Shown piece by piece: positions 22,366-24,000 of a stretch of 24,000 nt of DNA; positions within the stretch are counted from its first letter, which is position 1; every line of letters begins with the position of its first letter. Made by a program: the position numbers and the translations under genes. The stretch covers positions 4,595-28,594 of the forward strand of contig MFKT01000018.1 in NCBI GenBank assembly GCA_001781125.1, in the 5' to 3' direction. The notes under the pieces were generated by a model. That model saw only the letters and a program-made list of their open reading frames with translations, made no database searches and was not told the origin of the DNA. The DNA is from Candidatus Kaiserbacteria bacterium RIFCSPHIGHO2_01_FULL_53_29 (GTDB taxonomy: Bacteria > Patescibacteriota > Minisyncoccia > Phycocordibacterales > UBA2100).

Positions 22366-22746
22366 ATGAAACCAGTACATACAGACAAGGCTCCACAGGC
22401 AATAGGGCCGTATTCGCAGGCGGTCGTCGTGGGCGATCTCGTCTTTTGTTCGGGGCAGATCGGGCTTGAGCCTGCAAGCGGGGAAATGGTCGCCGGTGGC
22501 GTGAAAGAGCAGACTGTCCGTGTACTCAAAAATCTCGCCGAGGTTCTTGGGGCTGCGGGGGTCAGTCTTTCCGATGTCGTGAGCGTCAATGTCTATTTGA
22601 AATCCATGAATGATTTTAAAGATATGAACGAGATCTACGCAGCACAATTCGGCGAGCACAAACCCGCGCGTGCCACTGTTGGCGTGTCGGAATTACCGAA
22701 AGGCGCTCTCGTTGAGATCTCGTGCGTCGCTTCTCTTTCTAAGTAG
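22366..22746 (+). CDS. ridA: RidA/YjgF/TdcF-family reactive enamine-imine deaminase
   Basis: MKPVHTDKAPQAIGPYSQAVVVGDLVFCSGQIGL...PARATVGVSELPKGALVEI is collinear with RidA. The 16 upstream codons of the listed ORF overlap the divergent T-box promoter and I drop them. Confidence 0.9.
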   Translation: MKPVHTDKAPQAIGPYSQAVVVGDLVFCSGQIGLEPASGEMVAGGVKEQTVRVLKNLAEVLGAAGVSLSDVVSVNVYLKSMNDFKDMNEIYAAQFGEHKPARATVGVSELPKGALVEISCVASLSK

Positions 22747-22749
22747 CCT

Positions 22750-24000
22750 ATGCCAAAAACATTTTCAGTGGAAATGGTGGACGAAGCGCGCGAGGCTCTG
22801 CGCGATGTGGTGAAAGAAACTCCACTCCAATTTAATCGCGGACTCTCCGAGAAATTCGGCGCCAAGGTGTATCTCAAGCGCGAGGACTTGCAGGTCGTGC
22901 GCTCCTACAAACTGCGCGGCGCCTACAATCGCATGCGACTTCTCACGCCTGCCGAAAAAGAGCGGGGCATCGTGTGTGCTTCGGCAGGCAACCATGCGCA
23001 GGGCGTTGCCTTCAGCTGCGCCGAACTCAAAGTAAAAGGCACGATCTTCATGCCCAAAAATACGCCGCGGCAGAAGATCGATCGCGTGCGCGCTCTCGGT
23101 GGCGAGTGGGTCACGATTGAACTTTCGGGTGATGCCTATGACGAGGCCTATACGACTGCCCGCACACTCTCCGACGCAAAGGGAATGGCGTTCATTCATC
23201 CCTTTAACGACCCGCAAGTCATTGCGGGGCAGGGCACGGTAGGCGCGGAAATTCTTGAGCAGATTAAAGAGCCCATTGATTATCTGGTGGTTCCTATCGG
23301 CGGCGGTGGGCTTGTTGCTGGCACGGGTTCGTATGTCAGGTCCAAAAGTCCTCAAACGAAGGTCATTGGCGTTGAACCTGTGGGGGCTGCGGCCATGGAT
23401 GCTGCGCTGAAAGCAGGGAAGGTGGTGACACTCGAAAAAATAGATACGTTCGTGGACGGCGCCGCCGTCAAAACGGTCGGTGATCTCACGTTTTCTATCT
23501 GCAAGAATATTCTTGAGAAGTTGCTCTTGGTACCCGAAGGAAAAGTCTGCGCAGAGATGATATCGCTCTATCAGCGTGACGGTATTGTCGCAGAGCCTGC
23601 GGGCGCGCTTTCCATCGCGGCGCTCGACCAGCTTGGCGCAGAACTTAAGGGAAAAACGGTGGTCTGTATTCTCTCCGGCGGCAACAACGACATCAGCCGC
23701 TATCCGGAAGTTATCGAGCGCAGCTTGGTCTATCAGGGCCTCAAGCACTACTTCATGGTCAACTTCTCGCAACGGCCGGGGGCCTTGAAGCGCTATCTCA
23801 ATGAAGCGCTTGGACCGAGCGACGACATCACGCTCTTCGAGTACACCAAGAAGAATAATCGCGAGAATGGCCCCGCGCTCATCGGCGTTGAACTTGCAAA
23901 GAAAGAAGATCTCCAGCCGCTCCTGAAACGTATGGACGACCTCGGAATGTCGTATGAGCTTCTCGAAAAAGACAGTCCGATCTTTAGCTTCTTGATTTAA
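22750..24000 (+). CDS. ilvA: Biosynthetic threonine ammonia-lyase (threonine dehydratase) with one C-terminal ACT-like regulatory domain
   Basis: KREDLQVVRSYKLRGA (PLP lysine), ASAGNHAQGVA, PIGGGGL and SGGNND, plus a C-terminal ~80-aa regulatory domain. The stop TAA lies at 23998-24000. Confidence 0.9.
   Translation: MPKTFSVEMVDEAREALRDVVKETPLQFNRGLSEKFGAKVYLKREDLQVVRSYKLRGAYNRMRLLTPAEKERGIVCASAGNHAQGVAFSCAELKVKGTIFMPKNTPRQKIDRVRALGGEWVTIELSGDAYDEAYTTARTLSDAKGMAFIHPFNDPQVIAGQGTVGAEILEQIKEPIDYLVVPIGGGGLVAGTGSYVRSKSPQTKVIGVEPVGAAAMDAALKAGKVVTLEKIDTFVDGAAVKTVGDLTFSICKNILEKLLLVPEGKVCAEMISLYQRDGIVAEPAGALSIAALDQLGAELKGKTVVCILSGGNNDISRYPEVIERSLVYQGLKHYFMVNFSQRPGALKRYLNEALGPSDDITLFEYTKKNNRENGPALIGVELAKKEDLQPLLKRMDDLGMSYELLEKDSPIFSFLI

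Noticed and set aside
22765-23772. 335-aa minus-strand ORF opposite ilvA
   Set aside because: Shadow ORF. ilvA is supported by the PLP-lysine and glycine-loop motifs along its whole length.
1-24000. Search for CRISPR arrays, tRNA/rRNA genes, transposases, integrases, toxin-antitoxin or defence-system genes
   Set aside because: I saw no spaced direct-repeat array, no tRNA-like GTTCRANYC/acceptor pattern and no recombinase or nuclease-like ORFs. All long ORFs are accounted for by metabolic or secretion genes, or are shadow ORFs.

Overview
The window is dominated by an unusually complete aromatic amino-acid biosynthesis cluster (about nt 5050-21450). It holds all seven shikimate-pathway steps: an aroG-type DAHP synthase, aroB, type II aroQ, aroE, an aroA-aroK fusion and aroC. 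It also holds chorismate mutase, prephenate dehydratase, prephenate dehydrogenase, and all seven trp genes (trpE-G-D on +, trpC-B-A on -, trpF on +). The left flank carries the 3' end of a sugar transferase, an SDR epimerase, folD, a hypothetical gene and secD/secF. The right flank carries ridA-ilvA. I recognised no rRNA, tRNA, CRISPR array, transposase or integrase. The most interesting content is regulatory or non-coding. (i) Two paralogous T-box riboswitches each sit behind a near-consensus TTGACA-17-TACAAT/TACAGT promoter. One (+, 6700-6901, candidate UGG specifier) precedes trpEGD-aroAK-aroC. The other (-, 22301-22070) precedes an unknown 95-aa protein. (ii) A textbook ribosome-mediated attenuator with a 24-codon leader peptide, MQTISSRFFGFFYGLSFESSSALL, precedes aroQ-aroE-aroG-aroB. 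(iii) An identical 35-bp segment lies in frame inside both trpA and aroE and encodes SAGGGSSSGGK. It contains GGATCC and looks like a flexible linker, so it may be engineered or a tiny in-frame insertion element. (iv) A long-range inverted repeat closes the aroQ-aroE spacer and sequesters the aroE start. (v) -10 boxes recur 5-7 nt upstream of start codons, which suggests leaderless mRNAs. Taxonomy cannot be assigned by eye. All family calls rest on motif recognition, not database searches.
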